The notes below the pieces were generated by a model, which saw nothing but the letters and a program-made list of their open reading frames with translations, was not told the origin of the DNA and ran no database searches. A program made the position numbers and the translations under genes. Positions 37,086 to 49,944 of a DNA stretch of 64,000 nucleotides are shown in pieces. Position 1 is the first letter of the stretch. Each line of letters begins with the position of its first letter. Origin of the DNA: Mustelus asterias (taxonomy: Eukaryota). The stretch spans positions 57,536,001-57,600,000 of the forward strand of contig NC_135805.1 in NCBI RefSeq assembly GCF_964213995.1, in the 5' to 3' direction.

Positions 37086-39216
37086 TGTTATCATCCAGAT
37101 TTGACTTGCACCAATTAAATTCTTTACTGTACCATCAATTTGTACCAGTAATGGCTTGTTCCAAAAGACGTCAAAAGGTGTGGTGACAGTTTGGATTTTA
37201 AAATAAATCTAAAGTAACTGTTGTCTTCATTCATCATGTACTCTCTTTTCAAAGTCCAAATGTACAAAGTGTAACAATGAGTGTTTATTTCAATTCATGT
37301 TGCTTAACTGAATGTTAATTGGCAATCCTTATTTTATTAAATGCATTGGTACATGTGACATGTGCCTTATATAAAATACTTCATCTTGAGTCAAAAGGTT
37401 CATGGAGAGTGGGTAGTTCACGGAAAAAGAAACAACGGAGAAGAAATGCTTATACCCAGGAGATTATGATGATAGAGCAGGGAGGCAAGATACATCTGGG
37501 AAACAATGTAAAAATAGCCAGAAGGTGGATAAGGACATAGAAAATACAGCTGAAGAGAAAGTGAAAAGAAGTACAGACAAAACAAGGTGGGGGAAAAAAA
37601 ATCCTGAAAGCAACAGTGAAGAAGTAAACATGGTTAGGAAAGCAGAGACCACTCTGTGAAAGTAAATTTGTTCTGTTCTTGACCAGGTCATGGGAAGGAG
37701 ACCTTCGTACTGGCAGGGCATGTCCATCCTGAAAGGAGAACAGGTTGACGTCGCCTACTGCACTCCACTTGAATCACATTTCCTGACAACATATCATAGA
37801 ACAGAAATGACAATGGTGGAGAGTTCTACAGCCGACTTCTTATTCTGTCCTTTTAGCAAGAAAAGGAAACATCATGGTGAGAAGTGCTTGGCAAGGTCAG
37901 AACTTGCAGGAAATCCTGGACAGGGAGGTGGCGGGGGTGGGTGGGGAATGTTGGGGCAAGTGGGAAGAGGTAGAGAGGGGTGGGGGTGGGGGGGGGAGGG
38001 GCGTGCTGGCGAACAGCGCAGTTACAAAAATCACACAGGGAAGAACTGTTTTCACGATCACACATGCATCACAAGTCACAGAAAAGTTTCTGCCTCATTT
38101 GCCTGTCCACCCACCCAGTTGAGTAATGACTCAGGGATGAGGCAGCTCACATGGGAGATGAAAGGCAGTTGGGTATGAAAGTGTAACGATTTGAGAAAAT
38201 AACAGATGATCTGAAACACAGTCTGGAATCAAAACAGGAAAAATACAGACAAAAAGGCTTATAAAATAATTCCTAAAATCTTGCAAATAAATTATGCTAT
38301 TGTATCAGCATGGCACCCACACACTTAGCACTTTAGAGCTGTACCGGCTGAATGCTATTAATAAAGTAGCTATCTGAATATAGCTGCATTTAACCTTCTG
38401 TTGCATCGAAATGAGTTCCTATAAATCTGTGAACTGCATGACAATGATCAAATTAACAGTCTATTCAGGTAAAACACCCTTTAGGCCCAGGAAAAATAAT
38501 TAGTAGCCTCCCACCCTTCCTTTTTTGCCACCTACAAGTATCATGCAATGTTGTGGATTGCTAACAGTATTGCAATCTTCAACGTTGCTTTCAGAAATCT
38601 CTCATTTTCATTACAAAATGGAGATAAACTTTCCTGTTCTTTTTATTGGTATGAAAGTCTTGCACAATAATTAACTATAATAAATCCATTCATTCCATTT
38701 TTCACCTGATCAGGCGAGCTCGCTCCAGGAACACCAGTTCAGAACTGGTGTAGTCGTTAAAATAAAAGTCTTCAATTTTGGCAGCTGTTTATTTGAGATC
38801 AATTAAATCAATTAGATGAATTGTATCCTTCACTTTGAAGGATACAAAGTAAAAGCACAAACATTTATAGGCGCAGGAATGAAAGCTTGAAATCTCTTTT
38901 CACAATTCAAATCCACCTACCCAACCACAATCCCTGCTCCCTATAGAAATATGAATTAAATCCATTTGTCCTGAATGGCCTTACCTGATAGCTAACTCAC
39001 AATGATAATACCCTTTGGTTGCAAACATTCCACCAACATTCCTCATCATTCAGGCCCACAAATTTGGCTCTCCTGTAATAACAAAGGAAAAGGTAAGGCT
39101 CCTTGCCCATTTTCACACTCCTCAGATATGGTGGGGGAGGGGTTTAATCCAATTGCCCAAAAATGGTGAGGGATGTTGGTTTATGGCATCATGCAGATGA
39201 ATACTTTTGCCTTTTG

Positions 39217-39567
39217 GGGTGGTGGAGGAGTAGTGCTATTATTACTGGATTAGTAATCCAGAGACTCAGGGGAATGCTCTGGGGATCTGGATTTGATTTG
39301 CACCGCGGGAGATGGTGAAATTTACATTCAATCAAAATTGGGAATTCAAATCTAATGATGACCAAGAAACCATTGTCGATTATCATAAAAACCCACCCAG
39401 ATTACTAATATCCTTTAGGGAAGGAAATCTGTTGTCCGTACCTGGTCTGGCTTACATATGACTCCAGCTCCACAGTAATGAGGGTGACTCTTAAATGTCC
39501 TCAGAGAAGGGCAATAAACGTTAGCCCAGCCAGTGACGCCCACATCCCATGAACAAATTTAAAAAAC
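39217..39567 (+). mobile_element. tRNA-derived SINE (family of 26621-26982)
   Basis: Colinear with the 26621 copy including the tail gggcaataaa..gccagtgacgcccacatcccatga. Confidence 0.8.
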
Positions 39568-41279
39568 TACTTCTGCTCATTTAACCCCTGGTGCAAGGGA
39601 TTCCAACTCATTTCTAGAATCAACTGTTACTGAGGATGTTGACAGAGCATTAAAAATTTAAATAGCCAACTGCCTGAAAGCAACAAATTGCAATGTGATA
39701 GTATTTCCTTCATGAGGCTGACTCCCAGTAAAATGAGCAACAATTTTCCATTTCAAAGTCAGTTGCTTGATGCCCACTTGCATATTTACAACAAGGTTCC
39801 CACCACGAAGAAGCAGACAATTGAGGTCAGGTTTTGGGATGGAGTCAAGGCACACCCATGGAGCGGCTGTGAATTCCCTCCCAACACAGCGCCACCCTTA
39901 GAAACCCTCCACCTGAATTTCTAGGCCCTTATTTAAGAACTTGTGATTAAGAACTGATACAGGATATACATGTTTTATATTTTTATAAATTACATGTTGA
40001 CATAGCAAAAAAAAGGTCAGCTGAATTATGTGAACAATGTTAAAACTGTGAAGGATGAAGCTACAAGTGACCAGAATTTCATAGGCATCCAAACACAGCC
40101 CTTGCTATTCATGGCCAGTTTCACATGAACAATTCAGCTGATATCATAGTTTTAATGAAATTTGGCTGAGGAATGGGCACACCTGCCTGGCTGTGCTTTG
40201 TATCATGTAGTCCACCAAATCAACGACGGTGCAGTGTATCTCTTACCACCAAATCACATCTTGATCACTCCCCTATTCCTCTGGCACCTTGCCTTCTTTG
40301 GGCACTTCCCCTTGTTTCACTTCCCTTGCCTCTCCCTTTAAAATCCTTCTTCTTTACAGATCCCTCCAAACCCCATGCTAAGTTTCTCCCTGATATTTAC
40401 TTGCCGTTCCTTCACCAAGTGGTGATTTCAATCTTCAACCTTCTCTCTCCACATTTCTTAAAGGTACACTAATGACACACCTGCTCACATTTATGGCCAT
40501 TCCCTTGACCTGGTTAAAAATGTTAACGCTCTATCCCCTTCCTGTACTTCTTCCTTCTGTGCTGGCATTTGAAAAGATCTCCAAGACACTTCCAACTACA
40601 CTCTTAAGCTGCCAACTGGCTAGTGTTTGACCTTCCATTTGACATATTTCCCCCGAATGTCAATTTGCTCTTTTCACCAGTCTTTCCATTAAAATCCTTA
40701 CACGTACTGATCCGGGCCATGCCGCCTGAATTTTTGGATTCCTTACGACCCTTAGTCTTTCCTATTTCTTAAAAACTTGAAAAATCCAAAGTTGATAACA
40801 CCTCAGTACTTCACAATTTACAGCTGTTACAGTCTTGTTTTTTTTAACAGCTTTTTGTGAAAGACTTGATGACAGTTTTTGTAAGCAAACTACCAACATA
40901 AACCTGTGTGTTTATTTACTGCTGAATAATATTAGCATAGCTCAGGTCTCACAATTAATGCTGATCATGATAAATTGATCACCAGATAATAATAGGCTGC
41001 TCGCTAAGTCTACTGTCAATGTGAGTGACAGAAAAGATCACTTTGCACAGATTAAACCACGGTCCAGAAATATCTTCAATTAAATTCACAGGAGTCAAAC
41101 TGGAGGCGAGATATAGCTTAATCAGCATTTTGTGTTGCATGTAGTTGAGTTGGCAATGTAGAGTCTACAGTTCTCCCTGCCCCTCTCAGTCCTGGAGGTT
41201 TTGCAGTGGAAACACTATTGGCTGATGCTCTTCCTCTCTGCCTATTCCAGCCCTGTATGTAATGTGCATAGGATTGAAA

Positions 41280-41600
41280 TCATAGAATCCATAGAATCCC
41301 TACAGTACAGAAGGAGGCCATCAAGTCTGCACCGACCACTATCCCATCCTGGCCCTATTCCCATAACCCTCATTTAACTTGCGAATCCCCCTGACATTAG
41401 AATCAATTTTTAGCATGGCCAATCAATTTAACCCGCACATCTTTGGACTATGGGAGGAAACCGGAGCACCCGGAGGAAACCCACGCAGACACGGGGAGAA
41501 TGTGCAAACTCCACACAGACAGTGACCCGAGGTCGGAATTGAACCCGGGTCCCTGGCGCTGTGAGGCAGCAGTGCTAACCACTGTGCCAGCGTGCCACCC
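41280..41600 (-). mobile_element. Full-length HE1-type V-SINE
   Basis: Near-consensus head, V-domain and tail. Confidence 0.92.
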
Positions 41601-42354
41601 TTGTGCTACTGTGCCGCATTGAAATCTAGTTCTATTACTGCTCCTTTGCTGACACCGAAATAAGGCTACCAGAATATATATAACTTCATGAAGGTCTGAA
41701 CGGCTGTGTAAATCAAATGCAATGACAATAAGATATAAAGAATGAATCCATGCAATTACTTGATGAACATAAAGCCAGCTCCACCTTAACGAACAAGGAA
41801 CAAGTTGAGCGTACAGAATATATATTTAAATCAGTAAAATAGTAACGCAAGTTGATAAGTCCAAAAAGATTTCAAACAATGAACTGGAGTTCATTTCTAG
41901 AATGGCTGGCCACAGAAGTAGGGAGGAATGTTAACTTCTTGTAACACCCTGGTTAGAACACATTTGGAGTGCAGTGTGCAGTTCTGCTCACCATTTTACA
42001 AAAAGAATATTGAAGCATCAAAGAAAGGGCAAGAAATATTTCTGAAGTTCTTACAAAACTAGAAAGAAGCAACTACGAAGGGAGATTGAGAATCCTGAGC
42101 TTTTTTTTCAAGGATAAGAGAAGACTGAAGAGTCCAAATAGAAATATCAAAAATTATTAAACGGGTGTGGAGAAACTGCATTCACTTGTGGATAAGTTCA
42201 GAATGAGGGACGTAAGCATATAATATCCACTAACAACAAAAATATGTAATTTAGGAGGATTACCTTTACACAGAGTGGTGAGAATGCCACAACTTGCTGC
42301 CGCATGGAGTGTTTAAAACAACACCAACTATAGATCTATATATTGCACATAATG

Positions 42355-43400
42355 CATCACAGGAGCATTATAAAGCAAAGTTTATAACCAAGCCAAACAT
42401 AGGTAACATTAGGGCAGATAGCCAAATGCATGATCAAAAAGGTAAAAGTAAAGGAACATCCTAAAGGAGGAAAGGGAGCTAAAGAGGCAGAGTGGGCAGG
42501 GAGGATATTCCAGAGCTTAGGACCTGGGCAACTGAAGGCACAGCCACCAATGGTCATAGAATCATAGAATCCTACAGTGCAGAAGGAAGCCATTCAGCCC
42601 ATCGAGTCTGCACCAAACACAATCCCACCCAGGCCCTATCCCTGTAACCCCACACATTTACCCTAGCTAGTCCCCCTAACACTCAGGGGCAATTTAACAT
42701 GGTCAATCCACCTAACCGGCACATCTTTGGATTGTGGAAGGAAACCGGAGGACCCGAAGGAAACCCATGCAGACACGGGGAGAATGAGCAAAATCCACAT
42801 AGGCAGTGACCCAAGCCGGGAGTCAACCCCAGGTCTCTGGCGCTGTGGGACAGCAGTGCTAACCACTGTGCCACTGTGCCATGATTAAAACTGAGGATGC
42901 TCAACAGGCCAGAATTAGTATGCTGTAGATATCCTGAAGGTTTGTAGGGGTGGGGGAGATTGCAGAGGTAGGGAGAGGTGGAGCCTTGGAGAGATTTGCA
43001 AACAAGGATGAGAATTTTAAAATCGAGGCGATGCCTGATCAGGAGTCAATGTAGGTCAGTGAGATCGCGAGTGATGAATGAACGGGACCTGGTGCAAGTC
43101 AGGATATGTGAGTAAGGACATGGACAGCAGAGTTTTGGATGTTCTGAAGGTTAAGGAGGATAGAATGTGGGAGATCGACCAGAATGCATTGCAATGGGCA
43201 AGACGAGAGATAATAAAGGCATGGATGAGGGTTTCTGCAGCAGATGAGCTGAGACAAGGGTGGAGTCAGGATGTTATGGAAGTAGAATTAAATAATCTTG
43301 CCAATGGCATGGATATATGGTTAAAAGCTCATCTTAGAGTCCAATATGCAGCCGAGTTTGCTGCAGCTTGTCTGGAAACAGTGTTTAGAGTTTATCTTCC
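42355..43400 (-). mobile_element. L2 LINE 3' remnant
   Basis: Parallels 25370-26350 (caactgaaggcacagccaccaa, ggatgagaattttaaaatcgagg). Confidence 0.65.
42555..42881 (-). mobile_element. HE1-type V-SINE nested in L2
   Basis: Near-consensus HE1. Confidence 0.88.
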
Positions 43401-43540
43401 CAATATAAGGCAGGTAACTTTGAAACAGTTGAGGGGAGATATATTGGATAAACATCAGAGAAGGGAATAGAGGAATACAGAGGTTTGATGGGGAGAGCTA
43501 ACTAGATTGGAATAAGATGCTTATGGATTACAAAAGTAGC

Positions 43541-44916
43541 ATAGAAACATAGAAAATAGAAGTTGGAGTGGGCCATTCGGCCCATCAAGCCTGCTCCGTC
43601 ATTCATTATGATCATGGCTGATCATCAAAATCAATATCCTGATTCCCCCCTCCTCCATATCTCTTGATCCCTTTTGCCCCAAGAGCTATATCTCATTTCT
43701 TCTGGAAATCACACAATGTTTTGGCCTCAACTACTTTCTGTGGTAGTGAATTCCCTCTGGGTGAAGAAATTTCTCCTCACCTCAGTTCTCAAAGATTTAC
43801 CCCTTATCCTCAAACTATGACCCCTAGTTCTAGACTCCCCCACCATTGGGAACATTCTTTCTGAATCTACCCTATCTAACCCTATTAGAATTTTAGAAAT
43901 TTCTATGAGATTCCCTCTCACTCTTCTAAACTCCAATGAATATAATCCTAACTGATTTAGTCTCTGCTCATATGACAGACCTGCCATCCCAGGAGTCAGT
44001 CCGGTAAAATTCGCTGCACTCCCGCTATAGCAAGGATATCCTTCCTCAGATAAGGACACCAGAACTGCTCATAATACTCCAGGTGTGGCCTCACCAATGC
44101 CCTATACAATTGCAGCAAAACATCCCTATTCCTACAATCAAATCCTCTCGCTACGAAGGCCAACACACCATTTGCCTTTATTATTGCCTGCTGTACCTAC
44201 CTTTCAATGACTGAGGCACCAGGACACCAAAGTCTCACTGAGTATCCACCTCTCTCAATTTACACCCATTCAAATAATAATCTGCCTTCCTTTTTTGCTA
44301 CTGATGTGGATACCTCACATTTATCCACATTATACTGCATTTGCCATGCACATGCCCACATACTCAGCCTGTCCAAATCACGCTGAAGCATCTCTGCATC
44401 CTCCTCATAGCTCAGTCTCTCACCCAACTTTGTATCATCTGCAAATTTGGAAATAATATATTTAGTTCCCTCTTCCAAATCATTAATATATAATGGGAAC
44501 GGTTGGGGTCCTCACACAGATCCCTGTGGTATCCCACTAGTCACTGCCTGCCAATCAGAAAAAGACCCATTTATGCCACCTCTTTGCTTCCTATCTGCTA
44601 ACCAGCTTTCGATCCATCTCAAGACACTACCACAATCCCATATGCTTTAACTTTACATAGAAGTCTGCTGTTTAAGACCTTGTCAAAAGTCTTCTGAAAG
44701 TCTGAATAAACTACATCCACCGATTCTCCTTGGTCAAGTCTACATCCTCAAAGAATTCTAATAGATTCGTCAAGCATTATTTCCCCTTTATAAATCCATT
44801 TGACTTCGTCTGATTATATCACTGCCTTCCAAATGCCGAGTTATGAAATTCTTGATAATAGACTCTAGCAACTTCCCCCCAGTACCTACGTTAGGCTCAC
44901 TGGTCTATCGTTCCCA
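43541..44916 (-). mobile_element. CR1 LINE, degraded, 5'-truncated
   Basis: ISKFADDTKLG, LGLYSLEFRRVRGNLIE, RTRGHSLRIRG; tail atagaaacatagaaa. Confidence 0.92.
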
Positions 44917-46430
44917 GATTAGGTCCAGGGTATTGATGGGAAAGATTTGGCCAGCTTAGAGATGGGGTTGGGGGTGAGGGCGGTGGGTTTTAGAGAGGTG
45001 GGTAGGAAGAGAACAGAGTGTTCTCTCAGTGGGATTGCCCACAATGTACAAAGAGCACTGCACCCTCACCAAAATAGTACTCCCCTTCCTTCTTGCCCTT
45101 TTAAAAGTGTGATAAGCCCCCCCAAGATCCATGGAGATTCACTGATTGATCTCCTTGTGGGGCTCGTTGAGTATGAGTTCCCCTGGTAACAGGCAATGGC
45201 GTGCCCAGCTGCAACCCATTACCTTTTATAAGGCAGATCCAGGACATGACCTGCTGAACTGTTGTCCCAGACAGGGATTAGTGTCTGTCTACCATGATAG
45301 TGGTTTTACTTTGCATTCTGTAAATAAATTATGTTCCTTTCCAGTCGGGCTCCCTGAGTTATTACAAAAAGGTTTTGAACAAAAATGGCCTTCCCACTCC
45401 CACCGACTGCCCACACCAACAGTACTATAGCTGTTATTATCGAGGGTATTAACAGCTCAATTGACCCTTAATTATTTATTTCAATATGGCAGGTGGGATG
45501 CCTATTTCAGTGCTTACCACCCACCATGTTATGGGGGTGAGCTCGGTGTAGGTGGGAAGGTGGTGGGATGCCCTATTTTACGTGTACCCCTTGCTGAAAA
45601 AACACCCAGTGGAGACACATAAAATCCAGCCCAGGTAGTAGCGTCCGGATCCTAACCATTCGCTGTATCAGAAAGTTTTTCCCCATGTCCCCATTGCTTG
45701 TTTTGTCATTCACCTGAAATCAGTGTCCTTTGCTTCTTGATCCTTCCACCAATGGGAACAATTTCTCCCTATCTATTCTATCCAGATCCCTGATGGTTTT
45801 GAATACTTCTATCAAATCTCCTCTCAACCTTCTATTCTCCAAGGAGAACAGTCTCAGTATCTTCAATCTATCCATGTAACTAACAGAACTATGGAACTAA
45901 ATATACCTTCAGTACAGAGATTAAACACACATGGTGATAAAGCACAACCCTGATGTACTCTTCATTTGACTTGTATTTCATCTGACATTGTCTTTACCAT
46001 TCTTATAAAAACACTTTTGTTCCAGTATAATTTTTTTTATTCGTCTTAGGCCTTTCCCATTTAATCCTATCTTCTGTAGTATTCAATGAGCTCTGTGTGA
46101 TTCACACGACCAAATGCATTTTCGCAGTCTATGAAACATATGAACATTTCTTTATCCATCTCACAGTCATACTCACAGATAGTTCACATGTTAAAGATCC
46201 CTTTTCTATCCTCTGCCAGATATAAAGCCAATTTGTGTTTCACTGACTTATTTTTCAATTACATTCTTCTTTTTAAGAAGGATTACTCTCAATAGGATTT
46301 TAAGTCTATCACTTATTAGACTAAGTGTTCTGTAGTCTCTGCCCTTATTAGCCCCTAGTTTTGTTGGTACACTAATGAAAGTAGAGTTGTTCATGCCATT
46401 AGTACATATTGTAAATATAGGTACATACAT

Positions 46431-46745
46431 GGGAAGCACCGTGCCACAGTGGTTAGCACTGCTGCCTCACAGCGCCAGGGACCTGGGTTCGATTCCCAGC
46501 GTGGGTCGCTGTCTGTGCAGAGTCTGCATGTTCTCCTTATGCCTGCGTGTGTTTCCTCCGGGTGCTCCAGTTTCTTCCCACAGTCTGAAAGATGTGCTGG
46601 TTAAGTGCATTGGCCATGCTAAATTCTCCCTCAGTGTACCCGAACAGACGCGAGAGTGTGGTGACTAGGGGATTTTCACAGTAACTTCATTGCAGTGTTA
46701 ATGTAAGCCTACTTGTGACTGTAATAAATAAACTTTAAACTAAAT
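46431..46745 (+). mobile_element. V-SINE variant with alternative tail
   Basis: HE1 head and V-domain to gctaaatt, then ctccctcagtgtacccgaacag..ggggattttcacagtaacttcattgcagtgttaatgtaagcctacttgtgac..aataaataaactttaaa. Confidence 0.85.
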
Positions 46746-47361
46746 ACTTTGGCTAGTCTTGTGATAACTTTATGCTAACTTCATTTAAAGCCTGAATCAT
46801 CTTTGTTTTGAGATTTCTTGCTTTTTTTTGCTTCCTCCATCATAATTTCAAATACATCTAATTGATCAATTTCAACTGGTTTCCCTCTGTTATCATGATA
46901 CAATTCACAATGGGACTCGCACCAGCTATTATCCGGCTGGAGTTTTGATGAGACCTCTTGGGACTCTTCTCCAAATGTTTGAAAGATGTGAAAAAGCACT
47001 TGATATTGCCACATCATCCTGTATTGTTTCTGGGGCTTTTGGGAGGAATTGATTGGATGTGCTTGCACCCATTTCCAGCCCTGATCTAGATACCAATTGG
47101 AATTATGGACCCAGAGACCATAAAATACACCTTTGTTCTTATTAAAATCACTGTTAAAACATTGGACATAACTGGTTATATCAATATTTTAATATTTAAA
47201 ATATTTTATTTACGACATTGATTATAATGTATGTAACGTGAACTGCATACAAGACAGAATTAGTTTTATCTGTGCAGAAATGAGTTAATAACTGCATCAA
47301 CATGTTTCCCCCCTTATAGTAAGTTCTCTGCTTCTCAAAAGCTCTGTGGTTTAGGGTCAGT

Positions 47362-47628
47362 ACGAAGTCTCACAACACTAGGTTAAAGTCCAACAGGTGT
47401 ATTTGGTAGCAAAAGCCACTAGCTTTCGGAGCGCTGCTCCTTCGTCAGGTAAGTGGGAGTTCTGTTCACAAACAGGGCATATAAAGACACAAACTCAATT
47501 TACAAAATAATGGTTGGAATGTGAGTCTTTACAGGTAATCAAGTCTTAAAGTACCTTTAACTTTAACCTGATGTTGTGAGACTTCTTACTGTGTTTACCC
47601 CAGTCCAACGCCGGCATCTCCACATCAT
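47362..47628 (-). mobile_element. Penelope-like family B short insertion with inverted pLTR segment
   Basis: 13-bp TSD GTTTAGGGTCAGT at 47349-47361 and 47629-47641; inverted arms; hammerhead core. Confidence 0.85.
47416..47452 (-). ncRNA. Minimal type I hammerhead ribozyme motif
   Basis: Minus strand UUAC-CUGACGA-A-GGAGC-agc-GCUCC-GAA-AGCU-A-GUGG: intact core, 5-bp stem II, palindromic AGCU stem III. Confidence 0.7.
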
Positions 47629-47849
47629 GTTTAGGGTCAGTGCAGTAGAAATTTCCTTTCAGTGTGTCCTCAAATTGAGCTAGCAATCAGATTGAATGCT
47701 GAAAAAAGGGAATTGAATCACAAATGTTGACACAAACGATACATTCCTTCCTGGGTATAATAGATGGTACAAGGCGACTGACAGAAAGGGGCTGAATAAA
47801 TACATTTCCAAATAACCTCCTGAATTCTGTTGACCAATAGGAGTGACAC

Positions 47850-48320
47850 GGGGCAGCACAGTGGCAGAGTGGCAATAGGAGTGACTAGGGGATTTTCACA
47901 GTAACTTCATTGCAGCAAAAATGTAACCTGACTTGTGACACTAAAAAAAAGTCTGTTGGAAATCCCCCAGTCGCCACACTCCAGCGCCTGTTCGGGTACA
48001 CTGAGGGAGAATTTAGCATGACAATTGTACCGAACCAGCACGTCTTTTGGACTGTGGGAGAAAAACAGAGCACCCAGAGGAAACCCATGCAGACATGGGG
48101 AGAATGTGCAGACTCCGCACAGACAGTGACCCAAGCCGTGAATTGAACCCAGGTCCCTGGTGCTATGAGGCAGCAGTGCTAACCACTCTGCCACCGTGCC
48201 ATGCCTTGTCACTCCTATTGGTCAACAGAATTCAGAAGGTTATTTGGAAATTTATTTATTATTTATTAATGTCGCAAGTAGGCTTACATTAACACTGCAA
48301 TGAAGTTACTGTGAAAATAT
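47850..48320. mobile_element. Rearranged V-SINE variant (segments in both orientations)
   Basis: Plus-strand head and tail pieces, minus-strand body 47960-48206, second minus tail 48262-48319. Confidence 0.75.
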
Positions 48321-48373
48321 TTAGAAATATGCTCACTTTCCAAATAAATCTTCCTAACATTTGGAAATATGAC

Positions 48374-48586
48374 ATAAAAGCAAATTACTGCGGACGCTGG
48401 GATCTGAAACCAAAAGAGAAAATGCTGGAAAATCTCAGCAGGTCTGGCAGCATCTGTAAGGAGAGGAAAGAGCTGACGTTTCAAGTCCAGATGATCCTTT
48501 GTCAAAGCATCTGGACTCGAAACATCAACTCTTTTCTCTCCTTACAGATGCTGCCAAACCTGCTGAGATTTTCCAGCATTTTCTCT
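48374..48586. mobile_element. Penelope-like family A inverted pair
   Basis: 14-bp TSD TTTGGAAATATGAC at 48360-48373 and 48587-48600; near-perfect inverted arms of about 80 bp. Confidence 0.85.
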
Positions 48587-48719
48587 TTTGGAAATATGAC
48601 GTCTACAGTAGGTAGATGTCTCTGCAATATCAGCAAGTGTATCTCTGATAAAGAGAGATTACAGACATTAAGATATACAAGCGATACTGGTCAGATACAG
48701 GCAGGTCAACATAAATTCA

Positions 48720-49350
48720 AAAAAGCAATCTTGCAGATGCTGAAAATCTGAAATGAAAACAGGAAACCTTGGAAACATTCAGCAGCTCAGATAGCATCGG
48801 TGGAAAGGAGCAGAGTTAGCGTTTCAAGTTGATGATGGCTTTTCATCAGAATGGAGGAAAGATCAAAAATTAATAGGCTTTGAACAAGTGAAAGGGGGGA
48901 ATGGGGGTTGGAGGAAAAAAGGGAAGGTCTGTGATAGAGTGGAGAACAAGAGAGATTAAATGACAAAGGTTTTTGTGACAATGGGTAAAGCAAAGAAACA
49001 AAAGGTGTGCTCAGATGGAGTGTAAATGGCCAGATTGCAGCTGTCTGGAGGCAGAGGTCATGGTTTAAAATGGTTGAACTCAGTGTTATGTCCAGAAGGC
49101 TGTCGAGTGCTGAGCCCACTGTTCTTTCAGCTTGCATTGAACTCCATTGAAAAACTGGAGCAGGTCAAGGACGGAAAGATCAGAGTGGGAGCAAAGTAGA
49201 GAGTTGAAATGACAAGCAACAAGCTCAGATCATGCTTACAGGCTGAAAGGAGATGTTTTGCAAAGTGCTGAGCCAGTCTGTGTTCGGTCTCTACACTGTA
49301 GAGGAAACCACAACGTGAGCAGCGAATCAAGTAGATTATGGTGAAAGATG
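48720..49350 (-). mobile_element. Penelope-like element 3' end: GIY-YIG endonuclease remnant plus family A pLTR
   Basis: FTIIYLIRCSRCGFLYSVETEHRLAQHFAKHL matches the PLE VY.I.C..C...YIGET..RL..RF.EH motif; CTGATGAA..GAAAC on minus at 48821-48849. Confidence 0.8.
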
Positions 49351-49483
49351 CAGGTAGACAACAATAGAGATGTATAAGTTTTCTGAACATCAGACAGAAG
49401 CAAACACATCCAGATACAGCTACAAAAGTGGAATTCACCCATATCTAGAGGATCCAAGAGGAATTGATGGCACCTTAATAAAT

Positions 49484-49840
49484 ACAGTAAGAGTTTTAAC
49501 AACACCAGGTTAAAGTCCAGCAGGTTTATTTGGTAGCAAATACCATTAGTTTTCGGAGCGCTGCTCCTTCGTCAGATGGAGTGGAAATCTGCTCTCAAAA
49601 AGGGCACAGAGACACAAAATCAAGTTACAGAATACTGATTAGAATGCAAATCTCTACAGCCAACCAGGTCTTAAAGATACAGACAATGTGAGTGGAGGGA
49701 GCATTAAGCACAGGTTAAAGAGATGTGTATTGTCTCCAGACAGGACAGCCAGCAAGTCCAGGAGGCAAGCTGTGACGGTTACTGATAGTGTGACATAAAC
49801 CCAACATCCCGGTTTAGGCCGTCCTCATGTGTGCGGAACG
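49484..49840 (-). mobile_element. Penelope-like family B 3' end
   Basis: Minus strand FRTHEDGLNRDVGFMSHYQ* (PLE ORF C-terminus), then 3'UTR and hammerhead-bearing pLTR. Confidence 0.8.
49543..49579 (-). ncRNA. Minimal type I hammerhead ribozyme motif
   Basis: Minus strand CCAU-CUGACGA-A-GGAGC-agc-GCUCC-GAA-AACU-A-AUGG; stem III palindrome has one substitution. Confidence 0.65.
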
Positions 49841-49944
49841 GAGGTCATAGTGAAATATAGGGGTGACGTCATGATGGGACTTTCCAACAAGGATGAGGAT
49901 TTTAACTTTGAAGTTTTAATTAGCTGGGAGCCAACAGATATCAC

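Noticed and set aside
37410-38178. Purine-rich open frames (DYDDRAGRQ.. and the 162-aa ORF)
   Set aside because: Low complexity, no homolog I recognise, no convincing splice-site pair.
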